DNA of 64,000 nt from Verrucomicrobiaceae bacterium (GTDB taxonomy: Bacteria > Verrucomicrobiota > Verrucomicrobiia > Verrucomicrobiales > Akkermansiaceae). The translations under genes and the position numbers were made by a program. Under the pieces are notes generated by a model. The model was not told where the DNA came from and searched no databases. It saw only the letters and a list, made by a program, of their open reading frames with translations. Numbering within the stretch: the stretch's first letter is position 1; the number at the start of each line of letters is the position of its first letter. The stretch is from contig JBPOGH010000012.1 in assembly GCA_051252135.1 (NCBI GenBank), forward strand, positions 32,001 through 96,000. Direction: 5' to 3'. Shown here in pieces: positions 41,379 to 52,190 of this stretch.

Positions 41379-43094
41379 TCAAATCTCCTGTTCAATTCCT
41401 TTGAGTTCCAAAAAGAGATCATTCCAACGCTCAAGGCGGGGCTTGAGGGAAAGTTTATGCTCCGCAATGTGTCGTCGGACACTCTCAAAAAGTAATCCAT
41501 ACTCCAAATAAAACTCCCTTACCCCGTCCTTGTAATCATTGCTCAGCGCATCCGCAAAAGGCTGACGGCAATTGGCCACCCGCTCCGAGAAATTCCGACA
41601 GAGCTCTTTCTTCGATCGCTCCGCATAAACCCCCGCGATTGCCACCGTCAACAGCGCCAACCCCAGAGCAACAAAAGGCCAGGGATGAAAGCCCAGTCCG
41701 CCTAAAATCCCGGCTGTCATCACCAGAGACAACGCTCCCGCCAAATACCGGCGCAGCACACTTCGTCGCGCCTCCATCTGCAAATCCAGATTCCCCCGTA
41801 ACTTCAGGTTTGCCACGGCCTGCTTTGAAGCCCTCCCCAATCGCCTGACAAAACGCTCACGTGTTCCTGACATCGACTCGGTTTCCTTTTCGAAATCCGG
41901 GATCGGAACATCCAGCCGCTCCTTGATTCGGGGCACCACGGTCTTCCAGTGGGCCCGACAATTGTCCACCAACTCACGACCGTCAAAATCAGCCCGATCT
42001 TCCACTGCCGACTTGACCGCCTCGGTCAGAGCCAACTCAATTTCGGATGGCAGCCTCTCCATTTTGAAAAGCGATGAAAAGCTCTTCATGATCGTGACAT
42101 TTTTAGAAAGCAGATCGACCGACTCCTTGGCTTCATTCATGAAGACCTCCGTCAGCCCGGAAAACTTCTCGGTAAACGCCGCCGCCTGATTCTCACGACG
42201 TGCATCCACCTCGGACTCCAACTCCCTCAGAAATGATTGATCGCGATCTAGACTCAGCGTCTTCTCCTCGATCTTTTCCTCAATTCGTCGCAACGCCACT
42301 TGCGTGGAATCCCGAACATCCCGCAGAACTCCCCGACGTTCGGGACTCTCCGCCACACGCTTCGAAATAAATGCCTCCAATGCCGAATATCCGCTCTCTC
42401 TCAACTGGCGGTCACTGAAGGGCTGTGAATTCTTGGCCTCCACCGCCAGCTTACCGGACACCGGAAAAACCTCCGGACTTGCTCCAATCTTTTTCTCGGC
42501 CAGCGACCTCACATGCTCGATGATCAAATCAACGTCCTTCTTCTCCCGTAGATCCACCTGCTGCAACACAAAGGCCACGTTATCCAAATGATCTTTCCCC
42601 AGCTTGAGAATGAAATCCCAGGTCGCCGCTCCCCACGGATTGCTGATGGGGAAAACAAAAAGAATAAGATCGGCCACCGGCAGAAAACGCTCGGTAATGG
42701 CCTGATGTCCCTTGACCACCGAGTTCGTCCCCGGCGTATCCACAATATTGAAATCCTGCAGAAATTCAATCGGCCGATACCGCTCCTGAAGCGTCTCGGT
42801 CACATCAATATCCTTCTCGACCTTCCCCCAGCGATACCAATGCACCTTTTCGGTCTCCGGCAACACGTTCGTCTTGCAAAGATCCTCTCCAAACAAACCG
42901 TTTAACAGGGTCGACTTCCCGGCATTCACCTCTCCGCTCACCACAAAAAGAAAGGGACTCCTTAACCCCTTGAGATACTCCCCTTCATCCGCCAAAGCGG
43001 AAACATCGGCATCACATTCCTCACCCAGTGTACGAACGCCTACCACCACATCGGTGAGGCGCTGTCGGGTCGCGAAGTAACGTTCGCCAAACAT
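41379..43094 (-). CDS. Dynamin-family GTPase
   Basis: GEVNAGKS, DTPG, coiled-coil stalk, C-terminal TM hairpin. Confidence 0.85.
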   Translation of the reverse strand: MFGERYFATRQRLTDVVVGVRTLGEECDADVSALADEGEYLKGLRSPFLFVVSGEVNAGKSTLLNGLFGEDLCKTNVLPETEKVHWYRWGKVEKDIDVTETLQERYRPIEFLQDFNIVDTPGTNSVVKGHQAITERFLPVADLILFVFPISNPWGAATWDFILKLGKDHLDNVAFVLQQVDLREKKDVDLIIEHVRSLAEKKIGASPEVFPVSGKLAVEAKNSQPFSDRQLRESGYSALEAFISKRVAESPERRGVLRDVRDSTQVALRRIEEKIEEKTLSLDRDQSFLRELESEVDARRENQAAAFTEKFSGLTEVFMNEAKESVDLLSKNVTIMKSFSSLFKMERLPSEIELALTEAVKSAVEDRADFDGRELVDNCRAHWKTVVPRIKERLDVPIPDFEKETESMSGTRERFVRRLGRASKQAVANLKLRGNLDLQMEARRSVLRRYLAGALSLVMTAGILGGLGFHPWPFVALGLALLTVAIAGVYAERSKKELCRNFSERVANCRQPFADALSNDYKDGVREFYLEYGLLFESVRRHIAEHKLSLKPRLERWNDLFLELKGIEQEI

Positions 43095-43132
43095 CAGGGG
43101 TGAAATCTTTCGTTTGGGACCAGCGAAATCCG

Positions 43133-43957
43133 CTAGGCCGTCTGGGCAAGAAGCTGGGACACAGTCACAAATTTGTAACCGCGGCTCAACAACCCGCTAA
43201 AGGTGGCCGGCATTGCGCTGACCGTGGGAGCATGGAGATCATGCGCCAAAATAATGGCACCATTTCCAGTTCCCGAGAGAATCCGCGAAGTCACCACCGA
43301 AGGTCCGGGGCGCTGCCAATCGCGAGGGTCCACAGACCAGAGAATCGTTGGATAGCCAAACTCCGAGGAAATCATCTGACGCTGGCTCTGGTTGAGCGCT
43401 CCATATGGAGGGCGCATCGTCCGGGGCTTCACCCCCGTTGCCCGCGCGATCGCATCTTGGGTCCGCTGCATCTCTTTCCGCACCTCACTGGCACTCAGGG
43501 ATGTCAGCTTCCGGTGAGTATAGGTGTGATTCCCAATCTCGTGGCCCTCCGCCACAATCCGCCGGGCGATGTGGGGATAACGGTCCACATTTCCGCCGAT
43601 CACATAGAAAGTCGCCTTGATATTGCGTTGCCGAAGCATGTCCAAAAGTCGGGGCGTATTCTGTGGATGCGGCCCGTCGTCGAAGGTCATCGCCACATAG
43701 GGCGCGGCAGATGAACCTCGGGAATAAGTTACTTGGGAACCCGAGAAATTACTCGGGAGGTTAATATCAGGATTCCTTAATCCTTGGCTGGCATAAGCCG
43801 GAGAACGATACTGGGTATTCGCCTCCATTTTAAGTGACTCAGGAGTAGGGACTTTCGGAGTTCCAGCTGCAGAAACGGGCGCATTGTCGTCAGACGAGCA
43901 GGCCGAAAATCCGACCATGGCACCAGGGGTTAGTTTCAGTAAAGAGCGTCGCTTCAT
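43133..43957 (-). CDS. Polysaccharide deacetylase (CE4), Tat lipoprotein
   Basis: MKRRSLLK...FSAC; TFDDGP, ATFYV, NHTYTH, RPPYG, DPRDW, LAHD. Confidence 0.9.
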   Translation of the reverse strand: MKRRSLLKLTPGAMVGFSACSSDDNAPVSAAGTPKVPTPESLKMEANTQYRSPAYASQGLRNPDINLPSNFSGSQVTYSRGSSAAPYVAMTFDDGPHPQNTPRLLDMLRQRNIKATFYVIGGNVDRYPHIARRIVAEGHEIGNHTYTHRKLTSLSASEVRKEMQRTQDAIARATGVKPRTMRPPYGALNQSQRQMISSEFGYPTILWSVDPRDWQRPGPSVVTSRILSGTGNGAIILAHDLHAPTVSAMPATFSGLLSRGYKFVTVSQLLAQTA

Positions 43958-43995
43958 AAAGGTCTGATGAAGGATGCCTGCGTTTCCAGCAAATG

Positions 43996-44865
43996 TCACG
44001 GTCGTAATCTGCGCCCCTCGAGAATCGGGAAAAGTGACTTTTTCACCTTTTCTGGCCAATGCTCCTCAGGAGTGAAGATCGCCGAATCAAGAGCCCGGTG
44101 CTCCGGCCAGTCCGGCTCATCCGGAATCATCGGAATGGCCCGCTTCATGATCCGCGCACTCATCTCCGCATTCGCAGCCAAATGCTCCACCACCGAGGCA
44201 CCCGTGACCGACTCGTCCTCTTCCCGCCAGCAATCATAATCAGTCACCATCCCCAGCGTCGCCAGAGCAATCTCTGCCTCCCTTGCCAATTTCGCCTCCG
44301 GCAAATTGGTCATCCCGATAATGTCATACCCAAAATGCCGGTAAAAATGAGACTCCGCCTTCGTCGAAAACGCCGGACCATCCATCCCCACATAGGTCCC
44401 GCCATCGTGAACATCTCCCCCCTCAGCCTCCCCGGCCTCCTTGAGAATCGCCCGCAGACCCGCACTGACCGGCTCTGCAAATCCCACATGCGCCACCAAT
44501 CCCCTCCCGAAAAAGGTATGATCTTCACGCTGGCTCATCCGGTCAAAATACTGGTCCGGTAACACCACCGATCTCGGCGCATACTCCTCCTTGAGACTGC
44601 CCACCGCCGTCGCACAGATGACCCAACGCACCCCCAACGACCTCAGTGCCCATAAATTGGCCCGATGATTCACCTCCGTCGGTAAAATGGTGTGACCCTC
44701 ACCGTGGCGTGAAAGAAACCACACCTGACGCCCCGCATACTCACCCCCGATCAACTCGGCAGAGGGCTCCCCAAAAGGCGTCACCACCTTCCGCCGCTCC
44801 ACATTCTCCATTCCGTCGAAGCCGCTCACGCCACTTCCTCCGATAATTCCAATCGCTGCACTCAT
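43996..44865 (-). CDS. mtnP: S-methyl-5'-thioadenosine phosphorylase
   Basis: IIGGSG, TPFG, RHG..H, GPAFSTKAES, GMTN.PE, VTDYDCW. Confidence 0.9.
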   Translation of the reverse strand: MSAAIGIIGGSGVSGFDGMENVERRKVVTPFGEPSAELIGGEYAGRQVWFLSRHGEGHTILPTEVNHRANLWALRSLGVRWVICATAVGSLKEEYAPRSVVLPDQYFDRMSQREDHTFFGRGLVAHVGFAEPVSAGLRAILKEAGEAEGGDVHDGGTYVGMDGPAFSTKAESHFYRHFGYDIIGMTNLPEAKLAREAEIALATLGMVTDYDCWREEDESVTGASVVEHLAANAEMSARIMKRAIPMIPDEPDWPEHRALDSAIFTPEEHWPEKVKKSLFPILEGRRLRP

Positions 44866-45815
44866 GATTCTTTTCCCGGGGTTTTGCGGGCGCTCAACTC
44901 CACCACCGCTATCAAAGCGATCCCCACCGCCACCGCTCCCAGCTCCATCCAGACACTCCCCGAGGAAAAGTCCGGCAGCCTCCAGTTCTCATACCCGATC
45001 GTCTTCAGCTTCGGCTCCCCATTCTTAATAAATTCCTGCGTCACCGCCGTCTTCCAGGGCCAAATAATCACCAATGACCCCGCCACAAAACCCGTAATCG
45101 CACCCACCGCCTTGTCGTGATGCTCGCGAAACAACCAACTCAGAAATCGCGACAAGCCCAACAGACCAATCACCGCCCCGATCCCCACTGGAATCAAGAT
45201 CGGCAGCGCCGCCCCCAGATTCCCCGAAAACAGATCACTCAACGCATTCAACATGATCAGCTCGTAATTCCCCATCAGCAACAACACAAACGACCCGCTC
45301 AAACCGGGGATGATCATGCTGCACAGCGCCGCCACCCCGCACACCCCCAAATAGACCGGGTTCTCATTCTCATTCGCCGGACTCATAAACGCCATCGACA
45401 CCGCCACACCCAATCCCAGAACGAACACCAGCACCACTCCCGGCGTCCACTTCCGGATCAACTTGCCCACAGAGGGAATCGACGCCGCGATCAACCCAAA
45501 AAACAACGAGAGGATCAAAACCGGATGATGCTCAAATCCATACTTCAACGCCCGCGCCAGCGTCGCAAACGCCACAATCACCCCCAACCCCAGTGCCATC
45601 AAAAAACGACCGTCAATCTTCTTCCAAAGCGCGCCGATCTCAAAACGCATCCCCAGCTTCACCGCCTCCAAATCAAAGGATTTAATCGCCTCAATCAACC
45701 GCGCATAAATCCCCGTAATAAACGCGATCGTTCCGCCGGACACTCCCGGCACCACATTCGCCGCACCCATCGCAAAGCCCTTCAAAAAGGTCGCTACATC
45801 TTCTTTTGTCAGCAC
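44862..45815 (-). CDS. DUF368 family membrane protein (undecaprenyl-phosphate translocase-like)
   Basis: MGAANVVPGVSGGTIA and MIIPGLSGS repeats; many TMs. Confidence 0.88.
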   Translation of the reverse strand: MLTKEDVATFLKGFAMGAANVVPGVSGGTIAFITGIYARLIEAIKSFDLEAVKLGMRFEIGALWKKIDGRFLMALGLGVIVAFATLARALKYGFEHHPVLILSLFFGLIAASIPSVGKLIRKWTPGVVLVFVLGLGVAVSMAFMSPANENENPVYLGVCGVAALCSMIIPGLSGSFVLLLMGNYELIMLNALSDLFSGNLGAALPILIPVGIGAVIGLLGLSRFLSWLFREHHDKAVGAITGFVAGSLVIIWPWKTAVTQEFIKNGEPKLKTIGYENWRLPDFSSGSVWMELGAVAVGIALIAVVELSARKTPGKES

Positions 45816-45864
45816 GGCGGCATCGTCTCACGATCCCCCCGCCTGACAATTCTTTTATAACACC

Positions 45865-47040
45865 TCACATCCTCCGCAACACGCTCCCCCCAAGCCAGCC
45901 AAAAAACCGACGCCACCAGGGACGCGAAAGCTCCCAATTCTCTCCCACCTTCTCACTATCCTCCAAATCAGCGTCATACTGATCACGCAACTCACCCACC
46001 ACCCGCGGATCATCCACCACCACCGCCAACTCCCAGTTCATCGCAATCGAAAGATAGTCAAAGTTCGCACTCCCCACCACCGCATACCGGTCATCCGCCA
46101 CCACCGTCTTCGCATGCAGCAATTTTTTCGTGTACTCCCAAATATCGACGCCCGACTCCATCAGGGCCGGATAAAGCCCCTCCCGCACCCAATCCGCAAT
46201 CGCCACATCGGAGTTCCGCGGCACCAAAAGCGCCACCTTCACCCCTCTTGCCGATAGCGCCCTCAGCCGGTTCAACATACTCCGTGGAGGCACAAAATAA
46301 GGCATCGTCAAAGACACCTGCTCTTGCACCCGCGAGAACATCTGCGTGTAGAGCGTCCGGATCGCCTTCCGCTTCGCAAACCCGCTTCCCCCCACCACAA
46401 AACAATCACTCTCCCAAGGCCCCTCCTCATCCATCGCATACCGGGGCACCACACCCGCCGGACGCCCATGCACCTTCGCCCAGGTCTCCCCAAAAAAATG
46501 ATCACACGCGGCCGCCCCGGGACCCTCCATTGACAAATGCGTATCCCGCCACCCTTCGCCACCCGACGCCTCATCTGACCATTCACGACCCAGGTTCACC
46601 CCGCCGGTAAAGGCGATTCTCCCATCCACAATCAAGTTCTTCCGGTGGTTGCGCCCCAAGAACCCACTCCGCTTTCGCCACGGAGCCACCGGCCGAAAAA
46701 TCTCAACCTTCACTCCCGCCGTCTTCATCGACGCAAAAATCGCCTCATCCGCCTCCCCCGACCCGATCGCGTCATACACCACCTTCACCTCCACACCCCG
46801 CTTCGCCGCATCTCCCAGTGCCTTCGCAATCGGCCAACCCACCTCGTCGGATTGAAACATATACATTTCCAGATGGACATAATTCTCAGCTCCTGCAATC
46901 GCCTCACGCATCGCCTCAAAGAGCCGATCCCCGTCAAAAAACAACTCCACCCGGTTTCCCGTCGTCTCATAAGCAGACCGCGCCTCACTCAGCTTGCCCA
47001 GCCATTCCCTCATCGTCTTCCCCTTCTCCGAGTTACTCAT
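45865..47040 (-). CDS. Phospholipase D family cardiolipin synthase-like protein
   Basis: Two HKD motifs: HRKNLIVD..GGVN and HAKTVVAD..GSAN; start uncertain. Confidence 0.88.
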   Translation of the reverse strand: MSNSEKGKTMREWLGKLSEARSAYETTGNRVELFFDGDRLFEAMREAIAGAENYVHLEMYMFQSDEVGWPIAKALGDAAKRGVEVKVVYDAIGSGEADEAIFASMKTAGVKVEIFRPVAPWRKRSGFLGRNHRKNLIVDGRIAFTGGVNLGREWSDEASGGEGWRDTHLSMEGPGAAACDHFFGETWAKVHGRPAGVVPRYAMDEEGPWESDCFVVGGSGFAKRKAIRTLYTQMFSRVQEQVSLTMPYFVPPRSMLNRLRALSARGVKVALLVPRNSDVAIADWVREGLYPALMESGVDIWEYTKKLLHAKTVVADDRYAVVGSANFDYLSIAMNWELAVVVDDPRVVGELRDQYDADLEDSEKVGENWELSRPWWRRFFGWLGGSVLRRM

Positions 47041-47117
47041 TGCTACCAACCATGACACCTTTTCCCGAAAATTTTAGAATAAAAACATCCTTCCCGGACG
47101 TTTCACTACTGACCTTC

Positions 47118-47867
47118 ATGATAAAGCCGATCATTTTTACCGTCTTCTCGCTCTCGCTTCTCCTCGCAGAAGCCCGCCCATGGCGTAATCAGACCGGCAC
47201 CCAAAGCTTCGAGGCCGACCACATCTCCAACGACGGCAAGGTCGTCACCCTCCGGAAAAACGGACGCATCGTCACCTTCGCCATCGAGAAACTTCATCCG
47301 GACGATCAGGCCTGGATCCTCGAAAACCACCCCGCCGCCAAACCTTCCGCCACCGACGCCCCCGCCCCTCCAAAAGGCGCCGCTTTCGCCAACCTCGAAT
47401 TCGGCGACAGCCGACCCGAAGTCCTCGAGAAGCTGAAAAACAGCCCCGCAGTCGATGGCGAAGCCGCCGAGTCCATGCTCACCCGCACCGGCCTCAACGG
47501 CATCTACCGCACCAAACAAACCATCGGCGGACTCCACTGCCACCTCTACTTCGATTGGACCTCCTCCGGACTTCTCCGGGAAGTCACCCTCCGCTCCAAG
47601 ACCCTCGAAGGCTCCTCTTACGGAAGCAGCCTCAAATCCAATTGGCGGGAACTCAGCTCCCTCCTCACCAAACTTCACGGAAAAGCCGTTCAGGACGGCG
47701 ACTACCCCTCCACTGACGACCTCCAGGATGGCCTCATTCTCTGCTCCCACCTCTGGCACACCGACGAAGGACACTCCGTTCTTCTCGGCACCGGACAGGA
47801 AGGTCAGAAATACTCCGTCGTCGTCCGCATCACCAGCGAGCACATCCAGCCCGTGGTCACCCGGTAA
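47118..47867 (+). CDS. Secreted SHD1-domain hypothetical protein
   Basis: Signal peptide MIKPIIF; RPWRNQTG..FEA..V.L..LHPDDQAWI SHD1 signature. Confidence 0.7.
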   Translation: MIKPIIFTVFSLSLLLAEARPWRNQTGTQSFEADHISNDGKVVTLRKNGRIVTFAIEKLHPDDQAWILENHPAAKPSATDAPAPPKGAAFANLEFGDSRPEVLEKLKNSPAVDGEAAESMLTRTGLNGIYRTKQTIGGLHCHLYFDWTSSGLLREVTLRSKTLEGSSYGSSLKSNWRELSSLLTKLHGKAVQDGDYPSTDDLQDGLILCSHLWHTDEGHSVLLGTGQEGQKYSVVVRITSEHIQPVVTR

Positions 47868-47876
47868 GTGACGTAG

Positions 47877-48749
47877 TTAAATCTCGTCGCCCTCGCTGCG
47901 CACCAGCGCACGAAACGCCTCGATCAGCCTAAGAGTCACCTCTCCCGGCTTACCGTCCCCGATCTCGCGCTCGTCGAGCTTCACCATCGGAATCACTTCC
48001 GCCGCCGTTCCCGTCAGGAAGGACTCGTCCGCCGTATAAAGATCATACCGCGTCAGGGAAGCCTCACGAATCGTGATCCCCAGCTTCTCACACAGCTCAA
48101 AAATCACGTGCCGCGTGATCCCGTCCAGACTTCCATCTGAAATCGGAGGCGTCAGCACCTCTCCCTTCTTAAGCAAAAACACATTGTCACCCGTGCACTC
48201 GGCCACGTAGCCCTGCTCGTTGAGCATCAGACCCTCTTTCGCTCCCGCCTTGAGCGCCTCGATCTTCGCCATGATGTTGTTGAGGTAATTGAGCGATTTC
48301 ACCTGCGGGCTCAAGCTCGCCGGAGTCGGACGCCGCGTCCCGCAGGTCACCACTTCCAGCCCCTTCGTGTAAAATTCCTCAGGATAAAGGCTGATCCCCG
48401 AAGCAATGATGAACATCGACGGCGACGGACAAAGATAAGGATTCAACCCCAGATCACCCACCCCGCGTGTCACCACCAACCGGACATATCCCTCCCTCAA
48501 GCCATTCGCCCGGATCGTATCAATCGTATACTGCATCACCTCATCCACGGTCCAGGGCATCTTCAACAAGATTGCCTTCGCCGACAGGAACAAGCGCTCA
48601 ATGTGCTCGCGCAGCCGAAAAACCCGACCTTCGTAGAAACGAATCCCCTCAAAAATCCCGTCCCCATAAAGCAAGCCGTGATCAAAGACCGAGACCTTGG
48701 CCTGTGCTTCTTCCACGATTTCTCCGTCCAACCAAATTTTACGACTCAT
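47877..48749 (-). CDS. ilvE: Branched-chain amino acid aminotransferase
   Basis: Start reassigned to MSRKIWLDG; DHGLLYGDGIFEGIR, KSLNYLNN, LDGITR, GTAAEV. Confidence 0.92.
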   Translation of the reverse strand: MSRKIWLDGEIVEEAQAKVSVFDHGLLYGDGIFEGIRFYEGRVFRLREHIERLFLSAKAILLKMPWTVDEVMQYTIDTIRANGLREGYVRLVVTRGVGDLGLNPYLCPSPSMFIIASGISLYPEEFYTKGLEVVTCGTRRPTPASLSPQVKSLNYLNNIMAKIEALKAGAKEGLMLNEQGYVAECTGDNVFLLKKGEVLTPPISDGSLDGITRHVIFELCEKLGITIREASLTRYDLYTADESFLTGTAAEVIPMVKLDEREIGDGKPGEVTLRLIEAFRALVRSEGDEI

Positions 48750-48920
48750 AACTTTAAAAACAGGTTCTCCCTGCGCGCGCGCATCCTGCCTTCTGCCCCA
48801 AACCTTGCAATTCCTTTTTCGTTCCAATCCAAAGGCCAACAACACTCCAAATGTCAATTCTCCGAGTCCATTCTTGAAATAACAATACGGGGCGAGAGAG
48901 TAGCATGAATTCAATCCACC

Positions 48921-49700
48921 ATGAGACTCCAGGACCAAATCATCCTCATCACCGGCAGCACCACCGGCATCGGAGCCGCCATGGCCCGCCTCTTCGTTTC
49001 CGAGGGAGCCAAGGTCATCCTCCACGGCCGCGACCTCGATCGCGCAAACGCCCTCCGCGAAGAATTCGGCCACGATAACACCGCCTTCGTCCGGGGAGAC
49101 CTCCAATCCCCCGAAGCCCCCGCCCAACTCGCCACCGATGCCCTCGCCTGCTTCGGCCGCATCGACTGCCTCGTCAACAACGCCGCCTTCACCACCCGCG
49201 GCCACCTCCAGGACACCGACGTCGATTTCTTCGATCGCATCATCGCCGTCAATCTTCGCGCCCCCCTCCAGCTCATCCGCGCCCTCATGCCCGCCCTCGA
49301 GCAAAGCGAAGGCTGTGTCGTTAACATCGGCAGCGTCCTCGCCCACTGCGGCCAGGCCAACCTCCTCGCCTACTCCATCAGCAAGGGCGGCCTCATGACC
49401 ATGACCCGGAATCTCGCCGATGCCTTCGGCTCAAAAAAAGTCCGCTTCAATCAACTCAATGTCGGCTGGACCCTCACCGAAAACGAATACCAGGTGAAGC
49501 TCGACGACGGCCTCCCCACCAACTGGCCCGAAACCCTCCCCGCCTATGCCGCCCCCTCCGGACGCATCATCGCCCCCGAGGAAATCGCCGAAGCCGCCGT
49601 CTACTGGGCTTCCCGCTCCAGCCGACCCATCACCGGCTCCGTCCTCGAGCTCGAGCAATACCCCCTCATCGGCCGCTACACCAATCACGAGGAATCCTAG
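48921..49700 (+). CDS. SDR oxidoreductase
   Basis: TGSTTGIG, NNAA, YSISK. Confidence 0.9.
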   Translation: MRLQDQIILITGSTTGIGAAMARLFVSEGAKVILHGRDLDRANALREEFGHDNTAFVRGDLQSPEAPAQLATDALACFGRIDCLVNNAAFTTRGHLQDTDVDFFDRIIAVNLRAPLQLIRALMPALEQSEGCVVNIGSVLAHCGQANLLAYSISKGGLMTMTRNLADAFGSKKVRFNQLNVGWTLTENEYQVKLDDGLPTNWPETLPAYAAPSGRIIAPEEIAEAAVYWASRSSRPITGSVLELEQYPLIGRYTNHEES

Positions 49701-49721
49701 CCCCCGGCACGATTTCCAACC

Positions 49722-51371
49722 ATGAACGTGCTCCAACTCGATCCCAGAGACAACGTCCTGGTCGCCCTTACCGACTTAAAAAAGGGCGATGTCGTCGAGC
49801 ATGGTCAATCCCAATTCCCGCTCGTCACTGACGTCCCGGCCAAACACAAGGTTCCTTTGACCGATCTCGCCGAAGGCGATCTCGTTTACCAGTTCGGCTC
49901 CCTCGTCGGAAAGACCACCCAATTCGTCAAAAAAGGCGGACTCCTCCACACCCACAACCTCGTCCACGCGGCCGAACACTTCAGCGCCGATCACCTCCCC
50001 GACTCCGGCTTCCAATGGCACAATCGCCCGGATGCCTCCGCTTTCCAAAACCTCACCTTCGATGGCTTCCACCGCGAGGACGGACAGGTCGGCACCGCCA
50101 ACCACTGGCTCGTGATCCCCATGGTCTTTTGCGAAAATCGCAACCTCAAGATCCTCGAGGAAAGCTTCGTCAACGCCCTCGGCTACGGGAAGGCCTCACC
50201 CTACGCCGCCTTCACCCAAAAAATCATCACCACCCACCTCCGCGGAGGCGATGTCCGGGCCGTCGAATTTTCCGAAGCCAGTGACGAGCCCTGCGACCGC
50301 ATCTTCCCGCAAATCGATGGCCTCAAATTCCTCCGCCACAACGCCGGGTGCGGATCGGACCGCGGCGATTCCGACTCCCTCTGCGCCCTCCTCGCCGGCT
50401 ACGCCACCCACCCCAATGTCGCCGGCGTCACCATCCTCTCCCTCGGCTGCCAACACGCCCAGGTCTCCCTCCTCGAGGACCTCATCAAAGAACGCTGCCC
50501 CCAATTCAACCGCCCCCTCCTCACCTTCGAACAACAGCAGTTCCCTTCCGAAAAAAAACTCCTCGAAGCCGCCATCCGCGCCACCTTCGATGGCCTCGTC
50601 AACGCGAATCAAACCTTCACCCGTAAACCCGCCCCCCTCAGCAAGCTCACCATCGGTCTCGAGTGCGGCGGATCGGATGGCTTCAGCGGACTCTCCGCCA
50701 ACCCCGCCATCGGCCACGTCTCGGACCTCATCGCCGTCCTCGGCGGAAAATCCATCCTCTCCGAATTCCCCGAGCTCTGCGGAGTCGAGGGCGAAATGAT
50801 CAAGCGCTGCCAGTCCAAACCCCTCGCCGAACGCTTCGTCTCCCTCATGCGCACCTACAACACCCGCGCCAATGAAGTCGGCTCCGATTTCTCCACCAAC
50901 CCCTCACCCGGAAACATCAGGGACGGCCTCATCACCGATGCCATCAAGTCCGCCGGCGCAGCCCGAAAAGGCGGCACCTCCCCCATCGTCGATGTCCTCG
51001 ACTACACCGAGCCCTGCACCAAGCCCGGCCTCACCCTCCTCTGCACCCCCGGAAATGATGTCGAGTCCACCACCGCCATGGCTGCGTCCTGGTGCAACCT
51101 CATCCTCTTCTCCACCGGCCTCGGCACCCCCACCGGAAACCCCGTCTGCCCCGTCATTAAAGTCGCCTCAAATACCGAAACCGCGACCAAGCACCACGAC
51201 CTCATCGACTACGACGCCGGCGTCATCATCCGCGGCACCGAAACCATCGCCCAAGCCGGAGAAAACCTCCTCAAGCTCATCATCGAAACCGCCTCCGGAC
51301 GCTACACCCCCAAGGCCGTCCTCCTCGGACAGGACGATTTCATCCCTTGGAAAAGAGGCGTCTCTCTCTAA
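49722..51371 (+). CDS. UxaA/GarD-family sugar-acid dehydratase (SAF + hydrolase domains)
   Basis: DNVLVAL SAF domain, HNAGCG, LGCQH, ECGGSDGFSG, NPSPGN, STGLGTPTG. Confidence 0.9.
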   Translation: MNVLQLDPRDNVLVALTDLKKGDVVEHGQSQFPLVTDVPAKHKVPLTDLAEGDLVYQFGSLVGKTTQFVKKGGLLHTHNLVHAAEHFSADHLPDSGFQWHNRPDASAFQNLTFDGFHREDGQVGTANHWLVIPMVFCENRNLKILEESFVNALGYGKASPYAAFTQKIITTHLRGGDVRAVEFSEASDEPCDRIFPQIDGLKFLRHNAGCGSDRGDSDSLCALLAGYATHPNVAGVTILSLGCQHAQVSLLEDLIKERCPQFNRPLLTFEQQQFPSEKKLLEAAIRATFDGLVNANQTFTRKPAPLSKLTIGLECGGSDGFSGLSANPAIGHVSDLIAVLGGKSILSEFPELCGVEGEMIKRCQSKPLAERFVSLMRTYNTRANEVGSDFSTNPSPGNIRDGLITDAIKSAGAARKGGTSPIVDVLDYTEPCTKPGLTLLCTPGNDVESTTAMAASWCNLILFSTGLGTPTGNPVCPVIKVASNTETATKHHDLIDYDAGVIIRGTETIAQAGENLLKLIIETASGRYTPKAVLLGQDDFIPWKRGVSL

Positions 51372-51395
51372 GATCACACCTCAAAGAATCACTCT

Positions 51396-52172
51396 ATGTC
51401 TCAAAAATTGCTCGGAAAAGTAGCCCTCATCACCGGCGGAGGATCCGGAATCGGACGCGCCATCAGCGAACGCTTCGCAATCGAAGGCGCCCTCGTCTGC
51501 GTTCTCGATTTCGATGAAGCCCAAGGCGCGGAGACAATCTCCCTCATCGAAAAATCCGGCGGCCAAGCCGTCTTCTTCCCCTGCGATGTCTCCGATCAAT
51601 CACGCGTCACCGAAGTCTTCGCGCAAATCAAAGCCGACCACTCCCCCATCGACATCCTCGTCAACAACGCGGGCGTCGCCGCTATCGGAAATGTCGATGT
51701 CTGCACCTCCGATGACTTCGAGCGCATTTTCAACATCAACGTCAAAGGCGTCTTCCACTGCCTTCAGGAGGCGGTCGCCCACATGAAAGGACGCGGCGGC
51801 TCCATCATCAACATGGCCTCCGTCGCAGCCCATATCGGACTCCCCGATCGCTTCGCCTACTCCATGAGCAAGGGCGCCGTCCTCACCATGAGCCAATCCA
51901 TCGCGACCGACTACGTCTCCGAAAACATCCGCTCGAACACCATCTCCCCCGGCCGCGTCCACACCCCCTTCGTCGATGGCTTCCTCGCCGCAAACTACCC
52001 CGGCCAGGAAGCGGAGATGTTCAAAAAACTCTCCGCCACCCAACCCATCGGCCGCATGGCCCAACCCTCCGAAATCGCCGGCCTCGCCCTCTACCTCGCT
52101 TCCGAAGAAGCCTCCTTCATCACCGGCTCCGACTTCCCCATCGATGGCGGCTTCATCAAGGTCTCTCGCTAA
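51396..52172 (+). CDS. SDR oxidoreductase (2-keto-3-deoxy-L-fuconate dehydrogenase-like)
   Basis: TGGGSGIG, NNAG, RFAYSMSKGAV, PGRVHTP, QPIGR. Confidence 0.85.
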   Translation: MSQKLLGKVALITGGGSGIGRAISERFAIEGALVCVLDFDEAQGAETISLIEKSGGQAVFFPCDVSDQSRVTEVFAQIKADHSPIDILVNNAGVAAIGNVDVCTSDDFERIFNINVKGVFHCLQEAVAHMKGRGGSIINMASVAAHIGLPDRFAYSMSKGAVLTMSQSIATDYVSENIRSNTISPGRVHTPFVDGFLAANYPGQEAEMFKKLSATQPIGRMAQPSEIAGLALYLASEEASFITGSDFPIDGGFIKVSR

Positions 52173-52190
52173 TCATCTTCCATAAAATTC

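Noticed and set aside
47877..49346. 489-aa apparent fusion ORF containing IlvE
   Set aside because: The N-terminal 199 aa are the antisense of the SDR gene plus intergenic DNA; IlvE starts at 48749.
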